From Paraspadella gotoi (taxonomy: Eukaryota; Animalia; Chaetognatha): 9,932 nt of DNA. Of the stretch, positions 8,647 to 9,932 are shown in pieces. A program made the position numbers and the translations under genes. The stretch is from assembly GCA_051294375.1 (NCBI GenBank), contig CM119266.1:25913956-25923887 (forward strand). The letters are read 5' to 3'. Each line of letters opens with the position of its first letter. The first letter of the stretch is position 1. The notes under the pieces are model-generated. The model made no database searches. It saw nothing but the letters and a program-made list of their open reading frames with translations, and was not told the origin of the DNA.

Positions 8647-8707
8647 GGAAATCATGGGATCACGAAGTTCAGAAAAAGGTCGACTCGAGGGCGTGGAGAT
8701 CATGCAG
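8647..8707 (+). CDS. CFAP57: CFAP57 exon C, second copy
   Basis: CCTCAG|GGAAATCATG ... GAGATCATGCAG|GTGGTG. DHEVQKKVD and LEGVEIMQ are seen in adjacent frames. Confidence 0.78.
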
Positions 8708-8779
8708 GTGGTGGGGGAGAGAGGAAGACAGGGGGATGGGGGACATCATGAAGGTAAAGATGGGAAGGGGGTTTGGGGG

Positions 8780-9932
<1,153 letters not shown>

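Overview
Eukaryotic genomic DNA with GT-AG introns, not prokaryotic. The window holds six consecutive internal exons (called A-F here) of a CFAP57/WDR65 (FAP57) ortholog, a motile-cilium WD40 plus coiled-coil protein. They span the end of the WD40 region and the start of the coiled coil. The same few kb of locus appear in four overlapping pieces: 675-4452 (+), 4607-6737 (inverted copy of 2365-4452), 6763-8780 (+; 7101-8780 repeats 675-2364) and 8780-9932 (inverted copy of 7473-8570). Two exact 25-N gaps are present. The copies differ mostly by 1-bp indels. Only the minus-strand copy (exons D, E, F) is fully in frame, so the repeat and palindrome architecture is most likely an artefact of long-read fold-back, gap filling or mis-orientation, not a real amplification. 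The most interesting likely-biological signals concern splicing. Three consecutive introns end in rare AAG acceptors without U-rich tracts, one of them built from an 8-bp tandem repeat. Four consecutive introns start with G-run blocks, and three of these end in C-rich blocks. A degenerate tRNA-like element lies at 423-484 (-). I found no evidence of a novel multi-gene system. Nearly all other ORFs in the track are microsatellite or alternate-frame noise. Protein comparisons are from my recollection of human CFAP57, not from a database search.
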